This document shows positions 62,843 to 64,000 of a stretch of 64,000 nucleotides of DNA, piece after piece (the first letter of the stretch is position 1; each line of letters begins with the position of its first letter). Under the pieces are notes generated by a model. The model had not been told where the DNA came from. It ran no database searches and saw nothing but the letters and a program-made list of their open reading frames with translations. A program made the translations under genes and the position numbers. Location: positions 6,035,824 to 6,099,823 of the forward strand of contig MU054391.1 of NCBI GenBank assembly GCA_013239625.1. Reading direction: 5' to 3'. This DNA comes from Lama guanicoe. Its lineage: Eukaryota.

Positions 62843-64000
62843 GGGGGGAAGAAGAAATGAGAGACGCGCCGGGCTGCGGGGGTGTCATTCCACCCTAGGT
62901 TAGTTGTCGAACTGTTTCAGGCAGACACTCGCAGATCGTCCTGCTCAGGGCATGTACCAATTTCCCAGGCACCAGGAACTCTATTTCCCAGTAAAGAATC
63001 CACTGGGAGCCGAGCTGGAAAAGCAAGCAGCCTTTTCTGGTTCGAACTGGTTTGAAACAGAGGTCCAAGCCGCTGTTTGTTTGGCTTTGGGTTTTGTGCT
63101 TTCTAGGGAGCGCTATGCAGCCAAACAGACTCTGGGCTGCTCCCGCATCCTTCACTGACATGGGAAAGGTGTTAGGCCGGGTGGGCAGAGCCCTGGGCTG
63201 GGGCTTCGGCCTTACCAGTGGCTGCTGCCCTGGTGCCCCCTCCAGCACGGGGTAACCCCGTTATCCGTGGGTCATCTAGCGCACGGATACAGCCCTCTTC
63301 CATTCCGCTCTGCAAACCAATGACGAGCATCTGCCCTGGGGGCCCTGGTGCAAACCTCCCACCTCTCCTTGTGGAGCAACGGCTTCAAGATCAACACTCC
63401 AAAGTCCCCAGCCTGCATGGCAACAGGGAACAAAGCCATTTCCTATTTTCTGGGGCATTTGACCCCCTCTCCCTGCAACAACTTGAGGGCAGAGCACCTG
63501 TGAGGAAAGGAGCTCAGAGAGGGCAGGTGTCTTGATCAGGTGGCACAGCTAAAATATGTCAGAGCCAGGACTGGAACCCAGGTCTCCTGGCAGACTCACC
63601 GGGGTGGGTTTCTTTCTGTGTTGGTACTGAGTCAGCCAGCCTCCCATGATGTGGAGGAGGCCGATGAAGGTGACATACTGACCTTTTACTGAGTCTCTCC
63701 CATACTATGGGCCCTGTACATACATGGCCTCTTTTAGTCCAAGGGAGATATTAATATCCACACTTTACAGATTAGGAAATTAGAACCCTGGATTAGGGGT
63801 CTGGTAGTGTTGCTGAAGAGAATGTTCTAGGCTTGCTAAAGGAGAGAGAAGGAAGAGGGAGGAGTGAATGAGGGAAAACTTAATTTTTTTTTTGAGAACA
63901 CCCAGTGTTGCTCAGTTAAGCATCTCCACCACCCCATGAAGTAGGTTAAGAGGTACAGTGAGTTTCAGGGACCTCTCCACAGTCCTGATGTGAGTGACTG

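Overview
Mammalian genomic DNA, GC-rich and apparently non-coding (intergenic or deep intronic). The tRNA-Ala(AGC)-derived SINE present in five copies resembles the camelid Vic-1 family, so the source is probably a camelid (inference). I recognise no host protein-coding exon. The only ORFs with recognisable homology are broken LINE-1 ORF2 fragments, including a YADD reverse-transcriptase motif in ORF 59466-59762. Much of the window is transposon-derived: L1 pieces of several ages, L2/MIR, MaLR (MLT1), MLT2, LTR16-like and MER21-like LTRs, five ERV1-type LTRs (three of one family), and hAT relics (MER5, MER33, MER53, MER94, Charlie4-like). Family names are from memory of consensus sequences and need RepeatMasker/Dfam confirmation. 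I do not find a convincing new biological system. The most unusual observations are a perfectly regular (A12G)x10 array, a ~44-bp templated insertion copied from 1.5 kb away into an L1 3' fragment, an LTR ending in an A-tail at its poly(A) site, several serial insertion hotspots with readable target-site duplications (TSDs), and a few candidate enhancer-like blocks.
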